Shown: piece after piece, positions 12,152 through 21,686 of the stretch
Numbering within the stretch: position 1 is the first letter of the stretch
How the letters are laid out: each line of letters begins with the position of its first letter
Source of the DNA: Candidatus Marinacidobacterium sp.
GTDB lineage: Bacteria > Acidobacteriota > Vicinamibacteria > Marinacidobacterales > Marinacidobacteraceae
NCBI GenBank assembly: GCA_965204755.1
Contig: OZ242011.1
Span: 3,136,001 to 3,200,000, forward strand
Direction of reading: 5' to 3'
Length of the DNA: 64,000 bases
Made by a program: the position numbers and the translations under genes
The notes under the pieces: model-generated
Told to the model about the DNA's origin: nothing
The model's input: the letters and a program-made list of their open reading frames with translations, nothing else
Databases searched by the model: none

Positions 12152-12880
12152 ATGACGCGCGGAGGGACCGCCGGGATGGGCCGCGCTCCGGCGCGCCGGA
12201 GTTCGAAACCGCCGCCGGGCGGTCAACTCGCGCCGCCGGCCGGCATGGCGGCGTACCGGATGAGCCGGACGGACTTCGATGCCCGGTGCGAGGAGGAGTT
12301 CTGGAAGCGGGGCGACTACGACGCCCGGCGGGGCTTGGCGGAGGTGGTGGAAACGCCGCTCCTCGGCCACGAATGGCGCGGCGGCGAGACGACGGCGTTG
12401 GTCGGGCTCGTCTGCGGCGCGGAGGTCGCGCCGACCGGGGCGCTGCGGATGGAGTGGCGCGGCTCGATTCTGGAGCCGGACGCCTCGTTCTACTTCGCGC
12501 CGCTCTCGGACCTCGGTTACACCGACGACGAGAACTGCCGGCCGGAACTCGGGCACCGGCCGCCGGCGCTGGCAGTCGAGATCAACCGGAGTTCGAGCCC
12601 GGCGCGCGCGGCGGAGAAGCGGGGCGACTACTTCGACATGGGGGTCCGCGAAGTCTGGACCTGGCGGCCGAAGGACGGGGCGACGATCTACCGGCGGGCC
12701 GCCGACGGATCGCCGTCTTCGGTTCCCGGGTCGGCGGTGGTTCCGGGAGTAACGCGGGGGGACCTGGAGGAACTCCGGAGCGATCCCCGGAGCGAAGCGC
12801 CGGCCCGCCGCGCGGTAATCGTTCGTCGAGTCAGGGGACGGCGGGGCGAGGGCGCCGCGGCGCCTGCCGCGAAGTCGTAG
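12152..12880 (+). CDS. Uma2/DUF820-family PD-(D/E)XK endonuclease-like protein, copy 1
   Basis: LEPDASFY, PPALAVEI and EKRGDYFDMGVREVW match the Uma2 EPD / P-L-vE / K..Y...GV.EyW pattern. GGAGG SD. Confidence 0.75.
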   Translation: MTRGGTAGMGRAPARRSSKPPPGGQLAPPAGMAAYRMSRTDFDARCEEEFWKRGDYDARRGLAEVVETPLLGHEWRGGETTALVGLVCGAEVAPTGALRMEWRGSILEPDASFYFAPLSDLGYTDDENCRPELGHRPPALAVEINRSSSPARAAEKRGDYFDMGVREVWTWRPKDGATIYRRAADGSPSSVPGSAVVPGVTRGDLEELRSDPRSEAPARRAVIVRRVRGRRGEGAAAPAAKS

Positions 12881-12896
12881 CCTGTCCTCGGAGGGG

Positions 12897-13643
12897 ATGC
12901 CGATGCCCGGGACGAGTCCCGAACCGATCGTCGGCCTGAGCCGCCAGCCGGCGCGCGCGATCCGGAAACCGCCGCCGGGCGGTGAACTCGCGCCGCCGGC
13001 CGGCATGGCGGCGTTCCGGATGAGCCGGACGGACTTCGATGCCCGGTGCGAGGAGGAGTTCTGGAAGCGGGGGGACTACGACGCTCGGCGGGGCTTGGCG
13101 GAGGTGGTGGAAACGCCGCTCCTCGGCCACGAATGGCGCGGCGTCGAAGCGACGATCCTCGTGGTGCTCATCTGCGGCGACCGGGCTCTGGGGACGGGCG
13201 CACTGCGGATCGAGTGGCGCGGTTCGATCCTGGAACCGGACGCGTCGTTCTACTTCGCGCCGCTCTCGGACCTCGGTTACACCGACGACGAGAACTGCCG
13301 GCCGGAACTCGGGCACCGGCCGCCGGCGCTGGCCGTCGAGATCAATCGGAGTTCGAGTCCGGCGCGCGCGGCGGAGAAGCGGGGCGACTACTTCGACATG
13401 GGCGTCGAAGAGGTCTGGACCTGGCGGCCGAAGGACGGGGCGAGGATCTACCGGCGGGCCGCCGCCGGATCGCCGTCTTCGGTTCCCGAGTCCGCGGTGG
13501 TTCCGGGGGTGACGCGTGACGACCTCGACGAACTGTGGGCGGATGGGCCGTGGAGCGAGACCCCGCGCCGCCGGTCGGCGATCGTCCGGCGGATCCGCCG
13601 GCGGCGGGGCGCGGGCGGCGCGGCGCCCGCCCGGAAGTCGTAG
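12897..13643 (+). CDS. Uma2/DUF820-family endonuclease-like protein, copy 2
   Basis: Near-identical paralogue of copy 1 with the same motifs. GGAGG SD. Confidence 0.75.
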   Translation: MPMPGTSPEPIVGLSRQPARAIRKPPPGGELAPPAGMAAFRMSRTDFDARCEEEFWKRGDYDARRGLAEVVETPLLGHEWRGVEATILVVLICGDRALGTGALRIEWRGSILEPDASFYFAPLSDLGYTDDENCRPELGHRPPALAVEINRSSSPARAAEKRGDYFDMGVEEVWTWRPKDGARIYRRAAAGSPSSVPESAVVPGVTRDDLDELWADGPWSETPRRRSAIVRRIRRRRGAGGAAPARKS

Positions 13644-13659
13644 CCGTCCTCGGAGGGGG

Positions 13660-14433
13660 ATGCCGATGCCCGGGATGAAGCGCGAACCGGACGCCGGCCT
13701 GAACCGCAAGCCGGCGCGCGCGGGCCGGCGACCGTCGCCGGGCGGTGAAGCCGCGCCGCCGGGCGGTGAAGTCGCGCCGCCGGCCGGGACGATGGTGTAC
13801 CGGATGAGTCGGACGGACTTCGATGTCCGGTGCGACGACGACTTCTGGAAGCGGGGCGACTACGACGCCCGGCGGGGTTTGGCGGAAGTGGTGGAGACGC
13901 CGCTCCTCGGCCACGAATGGCGCGGCGTCGAGGTGACGGCGCTGGTGCTGGCCGTCTGCGGCGCCCGGGTCCGGGGGACGGGCGCGCTGCGGATCGAGTG
14001 GCGCGGTTCGATTCTGGAACCGGACGCGTCGTTCTACTTCGCGCCGCACCTGGGGGGCGGCAACGGAGACGACGAGAATTGCCGGCCGGAACTCGGACAC
14101 CGCCCGCCGGCCTTGGTGGTGGAGATCAACCGGAGCACCGGGCCGGCGCGCGCGGCGGAGAAGCGCGGGGACTACTTCGACATGGGAGTCCGGGAGGTTT
14201 GGACCTGGCGGCCGAAGGAGGGCGCCGCGATCTACCGGCGCGCGGAAGGCGGACCGCCGCGGTCGGCGTCGTCGTCGGTGGTCGTGCCGGGCCTCGTTCG
14301 CGGGGACTTGGCCCTGCTCTGGGAGGACCATGCGCCGGAAGAGACCTTTCGCCGTCGGGCGGAGGTCGCGAGTCGGGTGCGGAGTCGGCGCGGCGCGGGC
14401 GGCGCGGCGTCGGCGCCCGTCGAAGAGCCGTAG
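13660..14433 (+). CDS. Uma2/DUF820-family endonuclease-like protein, copy 3
   Basis: Third paralogue. ATG at 13660 has the same SD/MPMPG context as copy 2. Confidence 0.75.
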   Translation: MPMPGMKREPDAGLNRKPARAGRRPSPGGEAAPPGGEVAPPAGTMVYRMSRTDFDVRCDDDFWKRGDYDARRGLAEVVETPLLGHEWRGVEVTALVLAVCGARVRGTGALRIEWRGSILEPDASFYFAPHLGGGNGDDENCRPELGHRPPALVVEINRSTGPARAAEKRGDYFDMGVREVWTWRPKEGAAIYRRAEGGPPRSASSSVVVPGLVRGDLALLWEDHAPEETFRRRAEVASRVRSRRGAGGAASAPVEEP

Positions 14434-14512
14434 CCCTCCGCCGGGGCGGCGAACCGGGCGCCCCTCCTCCGCGCCGCGCGGCGGCCCGGCTGCGCCGGGG
14501 CCGCGAGGGCCG

Positions 14513-15484
14513 TTACTCGATCGCGTAGCGGAGCGAGAGGACTTCGCCGCCGCGCTCCACCGCGAGTTCGATCCGGCTCGCGGTCTGGAAGCGCTGCACC
14601 AGCACGGCGAGCGACTCCACGCCCCGCACCTCGCGGTCGTTCACCCGCAAGAGGACATCGTTCGGGAGGAGGCCGGTCTCGCCGAGGATCGTGTCGGTCG
14701 GGAAGGAAACGAGTTCGAGGCCGACGACCTCGTCCCCGTCGATTCGCGGCACGACGGTGGCGCCGGTGAGGATCCGCGGGAGTTCGGTGGCGAGGCGGAG
14801 CCGGACCTCGTCGCGGGAGAACCTGCGCTCGCCTCCGCCGCTCGCGGCGCGCGGCGGCGGAGCCGACGGGACCGGGGGCGCCGGGCCGGGCGCCATCATC
14901 CCGTCCGCCCCCATCGCGTCCACCGGCATCGCATCCACCGGCATCCCGCCTGCCGCGCCCGCGTCGGGTCCGCCCTCGGCCGCCGGCCCGTCCGGCGGCG
15001 CCGGGGCGCTCGCTCCCCCGTCCTCCGCCGGGGCGGGGTCCGGCGGGGATCGTTCGGCCGGCGCGCCGGAGGGTTCCGCGAGGCCGATCTCCACCGGCTC
15101 GCCCGTCGGCGACTCGAGGACGACGCGGTCCGCTTCCACCCGGAGCAGGGCCCATCCGGCGACGCTCTCGCCCGGCTGCAGCCGGCGCGGCCGCCCGCCG
15201 TGGAATTCCAGAAGCGCCACCGCCCGGTCACCGACGCGCATCAGTCCCCGGAGCCGGACTGCCGCGCCGCGGCCTCCGCCGCCCGGGCGGGCGCCGCGCG
15301 GCGGCTGGCGGGACTCGCCGGCGCCCGGACGGGCGGGGGCAGGGGAGGACGCCGCCGGTCCGGCAAACGCCGGCGGCGTGACGAGAAGGCCGGCGAGGCC
15401 GGCGACCGCCGCGACCGCGACGAAGCCCGGCGTGGGGAACGCCCGACGACTACGGGGACGCGCCGCGAGGGCGCGGGGGGTCAT
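14513..15484 (-). CDS. GspC-like (type II secretion protein C / PilP-like) protein with C-terminal PDZ
   Basis: N-terminal TM, HR-like LRGLM...ALLE...PGESVAGWALLRVEADRVVLE, Pro/Ala linker, PDZ-like GLLPNDVLLRVND...VERGG. Confidence 0.65.
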   Translation of the reverse strand: MTPRALAARPRSRRAFPTPGFVAVAAVAGLAGLLVTPPAFAGPAASSPAPARPGAGESRQPPRGARPGGGGRGAAVRLRGLMRVGDRAVALLEFHGGRPRRLQPGESVAGWALLRVEADRVVLESPTGEPVEIGLAEPSGAPAERSPPDPAPAEDGGASAPAPPDGPAAEGGPDAGAAGGMPVDAMPVDAMGADGMMAPGPAPPVPSAPPPRAASGGGERRFSRDEVRLRLATELPRILTGATVVPRIDGDEVVGLELVSFPTDTILGETGLLPNDVLLRVNDREVRGVESLAVLVQRFQTASRIELAVERGGEVLSLRYAIE

Positions 15485-15909
15485 CGCTCGCCGCGAGCAG
15501 CGAACCCCGCGCGGCCTTCCCCCGGCGCATACCGGGGAAGGATCTGCCGCGGCTTGGGAGGGCCTACCGACTCCGGGAACTGCAGAAGGACGACCGTCTC
15601 GCCCGGATCCACCAGGTCGAGCGCCGACTTCGCGTGGAGCCGGAGCGCTTCCGGATCGTTCTCGAGCCGCTCGATGGTGTCCCGCAGCCCCGCGGCCTCG
15701 GCGCGCAGGGTCTCGATGCGGGCGCCGAGTTCCCGGCCCTCGCGCCGGGTCTCCGCCAGTTCGGCGAGCCCCTGGATCGCCGTCCCGGCGACCGCGAAGG
15801 CGATCAGCAGCCCCAGCGCGGTCGGCACGAGCCGCGCGGGCCGCTCGAGCAGTCGGGCGGCGAGCCCCCGCCGGGGCGCCGGTCGGTCGTCGGACCGCGA
15901 CTGCGACAT
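15481..15909 (-). CDS. ftsB: Septum formation initiator (FtsB/DivIC family)
   Basis: Single TM, coiled coil, then LENDPEALRLHAKSALDLVDPGETV. Confidence 0.75.
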   Translation of the reverse strand: MSQSRSDDRPAPRRGLAARLLERPARLVPTALGLLIAFAVAGTAIQGLAELAETRREGRELGARIETLRAEAAGLRDTIERLENDPEALRLHAKSALDLVDPGETVVLLQFPESVGPPKPRQILPRYAPGEGRAGFAARGER

Positions 15910-16038
15910 GCCGTCTCCTGGGGAAAGGGGCGGAGCGCGCGGGACTTCGGGGCGGCCCCGGCGAAACGGCCCGCCGAAGCCGATTCTAGCCGGGCGGATC
16001 CGCGCCCGAGGGCGCCGGGCGCCCGCGGCCCCGGAAGT

Positions 16039-18996
16039 TCACTCGGGCGTTTCCGCCGCCATCCGGGAGAGGAGCGCGCCGAGCCGGGCCTCCTGCGCGG
16101 CGAGCGCCGCGGCGCGCTCCTCGCTTTCGCGCACCACCGCCGGCTCGGCGCGCTCCCGGAAACGCGGGTTCGCCAGCCGTTTGCCGAGTTTCTCCCGGTC
16201 GGCCGCCACTCGCCGGCGCTGGGCGGCCACCCGCTCCCGGAGCGCGGCGGGGTCGGCGGCGGCGCCGAGTTCCACCGAGGCCTCGAACCGGCGCTCCACC
16301 AGCGACACCCGGCCGCCGCCGCCGTTGCCGGGCGGCCACGGCTCCTCGGGCCCCACCACCCGGAGCGGCGCCATCCGGCCGAGCGAGCCCACCGGCCCGG
16401 CAGTGTCCCGGAGGAGCGTCCCCAGTCCGGGAACTTCCGCAGTCTCCCGGACCGCGACCGGCAGCGCCTGGTCCGGGGCGAGTCCGGCGTCCGCGCGAAG
16501 CCGCCGGACCGAAGTCACCAACTCGCGAAGCGACTCGAAACGGGACTCCAACTCTTCGTCCCGGGGCGCGTCCCCGGCGGGGAACTCCGCCCGGGCCAGT
16601 ACCGCGCCCCCGGCGCGGGCGTCGGCGAAGCCGACCTTCGCCCGCGCCGTCCGGAGGCGCTCGTAGAGCACCTCGGTCACGAACGGCGACACCGGGTGCA
16701 GCAGCCGGAGCGTCCGGTCGAGCACCTCCCCCAGCGTCGCCGCGGTTCGGCGGGCCGCCGCCGGGCCGGTCCTCATCCGGGACTTGGCGAGTTCGAGATA
16801 CCAGTCACAGAAGTCGTTCCAGACGAACCGGTAGAGGAGCGACCCCACCGCGGCGAAGTCGTACCCCTCGAGCGCCGTCCGCACTTCCCCGGCGCAGCCG
16901 GCGGCGCGCGAGACGATCCACCGGTCCTCGGCGGCCGGTTCCGCCGTCTCCGCGCCCCGGTCGGCGCCCTCGACCGCCGAGAGGGCGAACCGGGAGGCGT
17001 TCCACAACTTGGTGAGGAACCGCCGCCCGATCTCGTGGAACTTGGAGAGCGCGAGCCGCATCTCCTGCCCCTCCGAGCACAGCCGCACCAGCGTGAACCG
17101 GAGCGCGTCGGCGCCGACTCCCTCGAAGCCCTCCGGGAAGCCGCGCTCGATCCGCCGGAGCATCTCCTCCCGGTTCGCCGGCCGGGCCTCCTCCACCGGC
17201 CGCTTCAACTCCTCCAGCGTCGCCCCGGAGATCACCGCCAGCGGGTCCACCCCGTTCCCCTTGCTCTTGCTCATCACCGCGCCGCGCTCGTCGAGCACCG
17301 TCGGGTGGATGTACACATCGTCGTAGGGCAGCCGGCCGGTCATCTCGATCCCGGCGAAGTTCATCCGGGCCACCCAGAAGAACAGGATCCCCTTGTCGGT
17401 GGAGAGGAGCGAAGTCGGGTAGTAGCGCTCGAAGTCCGGAGTCCGCTCCGGCCAGCCGAGCGTGCTCATCGGCCACAGCCAACTGCTGAACCAGGTGTCC
17501 AGCACATCCTCGTCCCGCCGCCAGTCGTCCGGCGCGGCGCGCACCGCTTCGGGCGGATCCACCCCCACCGCGATCTCCCCGGTCTCCCGGTGGTGCCACG
17601 CGGGGATCCGGTGCCCCCACCAGATCTGCCGGCTGATCGTCCAGTCGCGGATCTCCATCAGCCACCGGGCGTACACCTGCTCCCAGCGCGGCGGATGGAA
17701 CCGGAGCGCCCCCTCGCCCGCCTTCTCCCACTCCCCGTCCTCCCGGCGCTCGTAGCCGCTCAGCCGCAGCGCCCGCTCCGCCAGCGGCCCCATCCGCACG
17801 AACCACTGGTCGGAGAGCCGGTACTCGATGGGCGCCCCGGAGCGCTGGGCGCGGCCGAGCGGCACCCGCCGGTCCTCGATCCCCACGAGGAGCCCCTCCG
17901 CTTCGAGCGCGGCGACCGCCTCCTCCCGGGCGCGGTAGCGGTCGAGTCCCCGGAACCGCTCCGGGACGGCCTCGTTCAGCGCCGCGTCCTCCCGCATCAC
18001 CTCGATCGGGGTCAGCCCGTGGCGCTGCCCGATCTCGAAGTCGTGCGGGTCGTGCGCCGGGGTGATCTTGAGACAGCCGGTGCCGAACTCCGGATCCACG
18101 CCCTCGTCGGCGATCACCGGGATCTCCCGGCCCACCAGCGGGAGCCGAGCCGACCGGCCGACGAAGTCCCGGTACCGCGGGTCCTCCGGATGGACCGCCA
18201 CCGCCACATCCCCGAACAGGGTCTCCGGGCGGGTGGTGGCGACGGTCAGCCGGGCGCCGCTGTCGCCCGCGAGCGGGTAGGCGATGCTCCACAGGTGTCC
18301 CGGTTCGCCCTCCGGGGCGGTCTCCACTTCGTCGTCGGAGAGGGCCGTCCGGTCCACCGGGCACCAGTTGACCACCCGCTTGCCCCGGTAGATGTACCCC
18401 CGCCGATGGAGGTCGGCGAACACCGTCCGGACGGCGCGGGAGAGGCCCTCGTCCATGGTGAACCGGGTCCGGCGGAAGTCGCAGGAGCAGCCCAGTTTCT
18501 TCAGTTGGTCGAGGATCACCCCGCCGTAGCGGTCGCGCCACTCCCACACCTTCTCGATGAAGGCGTCGCGGCCGAGGGCCCGGTAGTCCACGCCCCGGGC
18601 GTCGAGGTGCTTCCGGACGACGGTCTGGGTGGAGATGCCGGCGTGGTCGGTGCCGGGCACCCACAGCGCGTCGCGTCCGGTCATCCGCCGGTAGCGGACC
18701 AGCACATCCTGGATGGTGTTGTTGAGCGCGTGCCCCATGTGGAGGCGGCCGGTGATGTTCGGCGGCGGGATGACCACCGTGAAGGGCGTCTTCTCCCGGT
18801 CGCCGCCGGGGCGGAGGCGCCCGTCGGGGGCGGCCTCCGACTCGAAGGCGCGGGCGTCGTTCCAGCGTCCCCAGGCCTCCGCCTCGACCGCCTCCGGGTC
18901 GAAGCGGGTGGGGAGCGAAGCGGCGCTCCCGACAGGCGCCCGATCCTCCGGCGCCCGATCCTCCGGCGCCCCGGCCGCCTTTTCCTTCGCGCTCAT
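16039..18996 (-). CDS. valS: Valine--tRNA ligase
   Basis: PPPNITGRLHMGHA, GTDHAGI, ATTRPET, DWTISRQIWWGHRIP, MSKSKGN and C-terminal coiled coil. Confidence 0.97.
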   Translation of the reverse strand: MSAKEKAAGAPEDRAPEDRAPVGSAASLPTRFDPEAVEAEAWGRWNDARAFESEAAPDGRLRPGGDREKTPFTVVIPPPNITGRLHMGHALNNTIQDVLVRYRRMTGRDALWVPGTDHAGISTQTVVRKHLDARGVDYRALGRDAFIEKVWEWRDRYGGVILDQLKKLGCSCDFRRTRFTMDEGLSRAVRTVFADLHRRGYIYRGKRVVNWCPVDRTALSDDEVETAPEGEPGHLWSIAYPLAGDSGARLTVATTRPETLFGDVAVAVHPEDPRYRDFVGRSARLPLVGREIPVIADEGVDPEFGTGCLKITPAHDPHDFEIGQRHGLTPIEVMREDAALNEAVPERFRGLDRYRAREEAVAALEAEGLLVGIEDRRVPLGRAQRSGAPIEYRLSDQWFVRMGPLAERALRLSGYERREDGEWEKAGEGALRFHPPRWEQVYARWLMEIRDWTISRQIWWGHRIPAWHHRETGEIAVGVDPPEAVRAAPDDWRRDEDVLDTWFSSWLWPMSTLGWPERTPDFERYYPTSLLSTDKGILFFWVARMNFAGIEMTGRLPYDDVYIHPTVLDERGAVMSKSKGNGVDPLAVISGATLEELKRPVEEARPANREEMLRRIERGFPEGFEGVGADALRFTLVRLCSEGQEMRLALSKFHEIGRRFLTKLWNASRFALSAVEGADRGAETAEPAAEDRWIVSRAAGCAGEVRTALEGYDFAAVGSLLYRFVWNDFCDWYLELAKSRMRTGPAAARRTAATLGEVLDRTLRLLHPVSPFVTEVLYERLRTARAKVGFADARAGGAVLARAEFPAGDAPRDEELESRFESLRELVTSVRRLRADAGLAPDQALPVAVRETAEVPGLGTLLRDTAGPVGSLGRMAPLRVVGPEEPWPPGNGGGGRVSLVERRFEASVELGAAADPAALRERVAAQRRRVAADREKLGKRLANPRFRERAEPAVVRESEERAAALAAQEARLGALLSRMAAETPE

Positions 18997-19054
18997 CGTT
19001 TCGGGCCCGTCGCCGCCCCTCGGCCTCGCGGTCGTGGCGGGGCGGCGCCGACGG

Positions 19055-20221
19055 CTAGCCGGAGCAGGCGTCGGCGATCGCGTCCTTCCGATCCGTCCGC
19101 TCCCAGGGGAAGGTCTCCGGATCCCGCCCGAAGTGCCCGCCGCTCGCCGTCCGCCGGTACCTCGGCCGGGTCAGGTCGAGGTCTTCGATGATCCGGCGCG
19201 GCGTCAGCCCGAAGACCTCGCGCACCGCGCGGCAGATCCGGGCGTCGCCCACCGTTCCGGCGCCGCGCGTGTCCACGAGCACCGAGACCGGCTCGGCGCA
19301 GCCGATCGCGTAGGCCAACTGGACTTCGACCCGGGGCGCCACGCCGGAGGCCACGATGTTCTTGGCGATGTACCGGGCCAGGTAGGCCGCCGACCGGTCC
19401 ACCTTGGTCGGGTCCTTGCCGGAGAAGGCGCCGCCCCCGTGGCGGGCCATTCCCCCGTAGGTGTCAACGATAATCTTCCGCCCGGTGAGTCCGCAGTCGG
19501 CCTTCGGGCCGCCGATGACGAATTTCCCGGTCGGGTTGACGAGGATTTCGACCCCGTTGCCGGCGAACCCCCCGAGCGCCGGGCGCACCACGAGTTCCTC
19601 CAGGTCGCGCCGGATCCGGTCCCGCCGGGCGCTCTCCGCGTGCTGCGCCGAGCACACCACCGTGGGAACCGAGTGCGGCCGGCCGTCCTCCCCGTAGGCC
19701 ACGGTCACCTGCGCCTTGCCGTCCGGCCCGAGGTACGGGATCTCGCCGCTCCGCCGCGCCTCGGTCAGCCGCGCGGTGATGCGGTGCGCGAGGACGATGG
19801 GGAGCGGCATGAGTTCCTCGGTCTCGTCGCAGGCGAAGCCGAACATCATCCCCTGGTCGCCGGCGCCGCCGGTGACCACGCCGCTCGCGATGTCCTCGGA
19901 TTGCCGGTCGATCCGCACGCGCACCTCGGCGCTGTCGGCGTCGAAGCCGTCGTCGCGGCCGGTGTAGCCGATCTCCCGGATGGTGTCGCGGACGGCGGCC
20001 TCGATCCGCTCCGGCGACGGCAGGTCGCGCCCGCCGACTTCCCCGGCGACCAGCGCCAGGTCGGTGGTGACCAGCGTTTCGCAGGCGACCCGCGCCTCCG
20101 GGTCGCGCTCCAGGTGGAGGTCCACCAGCGCGTCGGAGACCTGGTCCGCCACCTTGTCCGGATGGCCCTCGGTGACGGACTCCGAGGTGAACAGGATCGG
20201 GTCGGATTCCGGCGTAGGCAC
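19055..20221 (-). CDS. metK: S-adenosylmethionine synthetase
   Basis: [55 protein letters not shown] start at 20221 inferred. Confidence 0.96.
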   Translation of the reverse strand: MPTPESDPILFTSESVTEGHPDKVADQVSDALVDLHLERDPEARVACETLVTTDLALVAGEVGGRDLPSPERIEAAVRDTIREIGYTGRDDGFDADSAEVRVRIDRQSEDIASGVVTGGAGDQGMMFGFACDETEELMPLPIVLAHRITARLTEARRSGEIPYLGPDGKAQVTVAYGEDGRPHSVPTVVCSAQHAESARRDRIRRDLEELVVRPALGGFAGNGVEILVNPTGKFVIGGPKADCGLTGRKIIVDTYGGMARHGGGAFSGKDPTKVDRSAAYLARYIAKNIVASGVAPRVEVQLAYAIGCAEPVSVLVDTRGAGTVGDARICRAVREVFGLTPRRIIEDLDLTRPRYRRTASGGHFGRDPETFPWERTDRKDAIADACSG

Positions 20222-20432
20222 GGCGGGGCGGGGGGAGGGATCGTCGGTGGGCGACGATCGGGAGTCGCGCCGGAACGAGTCGGAGTCGGGTCGGCGGCGG
20301 GGCCGCCCGACCCGACGATGCGAACCGGGAATTCTAACTGTCCGCGGAGCGGGCGGCCCGTCGTCCCCGGCTCGGCCGGAAGGCCCGGCGGGGCCTCCCG
20401 CCGCTCGGCCGTGACCGTCCGATGACCGTCCG

Positions 20433-21623
20433 ATGACCGCCCCGCGGAGGGCCGATCGTCCGGTCGCGGTAGTCCTCCTCGCCGGCCGTTCGCTCCGCAC
20501 CTGGCCGCTCACCGTCGGGACGCCGAAGCCGCTGCTGCCGCTGTGGGGCCGGCCGCTCGCCGAACGGGTGCTCGAAGGGCTCGAGGGCGTGGTGGACGAG
20601 GCGATCCTGGTCGTGGGATACGAGAAGGAGCAGGTGCTGGCCCACCTCGGCGACCGCTTCGGCTCGATCCGGCTGACCCCGGTGGAGCAGACCCGGCAGC
20701 GCGGCACCGCCGACGCGCTCCGCGCCGCCGCCCCGCTGATCGAGGGCCGCGCGCTGGTGATCAACGGCGACGACTACTACCACCGCGACGACCTCCGGAG
20801 GGCGGCGGAGCGGCGCTGCGCCATCCTGGTCAAGGAGGCCACCGACCCCTGGAACCGGGCCACGGTTTCGGTGACGGAGGACGACCGGCTGCTCGAAGTC
20901 GTGGAGAAGCCGCCGAAGGCCCGGCCCGGCGACCTGAGCAGCATCGGCTGCTACGCCCTGGCCCGCGAGGACCTGGAACACCTCGGCGAAGTCGGCGAGA
21001 GCGTCCGGGGCGAGTTGGAGTTGCCGGACCTGATCCGCATCCTGATCGAGACCCGGGGCGTCGAGGTCGTCCGCTCCCGCCGGCCCTGGATCCCGCTGAC
21101 CTACGCCTGGGACCTGATCGGCCGGGTGGTCCCGCTCTTCGAGGACGGCGCCGAAGGAGCCGCCGCGCTGGGGCTGGAGACCTCGCCGGCGGAAGGGAAT
21201 TGGAGCGGGCCGGTGCTCCTCGCGCCGGGAGCGGAGGTCCACCCGGAGGCCGTCCTCCGGGGGCCGGTGGCGCTCGGTTCGGGGGCGGTGGTCGAGCGGC
21301 GCGCGCGCGTCGGCCCGGCGGTGCTGCTCCCCGGCGCCCGGGTCGGCGAAGGCGCGGTGGTCGAGGACAGCGTGCTCGGCGCCGGGGCCTCGGTCGGCGC
21401 CGGAGCGGCGCTGCGCTCCGGGCCGGTGGAGCGGATCCGGGTGCTCGAGCACGAAGCCCGCATCGGCGTCCCCCGGGTCGGCGCCTGCCTCGGCGACGCC
21501 GCCGCGGTTCCGCCCGGCGCGGAGACCGAGCCCGGAACGCTGCTCGCGCCCGGCGAGCGGCTCGATCCGGGGACGCGCTACCTCGGATACGGGTCGCTCG
21601 CGCCGGAGACGCGGCTGGTCTGA
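20433..21623 (+). CDS. Sugar-phosphate nucleotidyltransferase with left-handed beta-helix (GlmU-like)
   Basis: [41 protein letters not shown] and C-terminal hexapeptide repeats. Confidence 0.8.
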   Translation: MTAPRRADRPVAVVLLAGRSLRTWPLTVGTPKPLLPLWGRPLAERVLEGLEGVVDEAILVVGYEKEQVLAHLGDRFGSIRLTPVEQTRQRGTADALRAAAPLIEGRALVINGDDYYHRDDLRRAAERRCAILVKEATDPWNRATVSVTEDDRLLEVVEKPPKARPGDLSSIGCYALAREDLEHLGEVGESVRGELELPDLIRILIETRGVEVVRSRRPWIPLTYAWDLIGRVVPLFEDGAEGAAALGLETSPAEGNWSGPVLLAPGAEVHPEAVLRGPVALGSGAVVERRARVGPAVLLPGARVGEGAVVEDSVLGAGASVGAGAALRSGPVERIRVLEHEARIGVPRVGACLGDAAAVPPGAETEPGTLLAPGERLDPGTRYLGYGSLAPETRLV

Positions 21624-21660
21624 CCGACTGACTGACTGACTGACTGATCGACCGACCGAA
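21621..21660 (+). repeat. (TGAC)n tetranucleotide microsatellite between convergent genes
   Basis: tgaccgactgactgactgactgactgatcgaccgaccg starting at the stop codon. Confidence 0.8.
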
Positions 21661-21686
21661 CGCCCCGGCGGCGCTGCCGCCGGCGG

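Noticed and set aside
12152-14433. Diversity-generating retroelement explanation for the Uma2 copies
   Set aside because: No reverse transcriptase in the window, differences are not adenine-specific, and all three copies are full ORFs.
20222-20432. SAM riboswitch upstream of metK
   Set aside because: No recognisable SAM-I/II core by eye. Only a -10-like TAGAAT on the minus strand and a short TGACCGTCCGA duplication. An Rfam scan would settle it.
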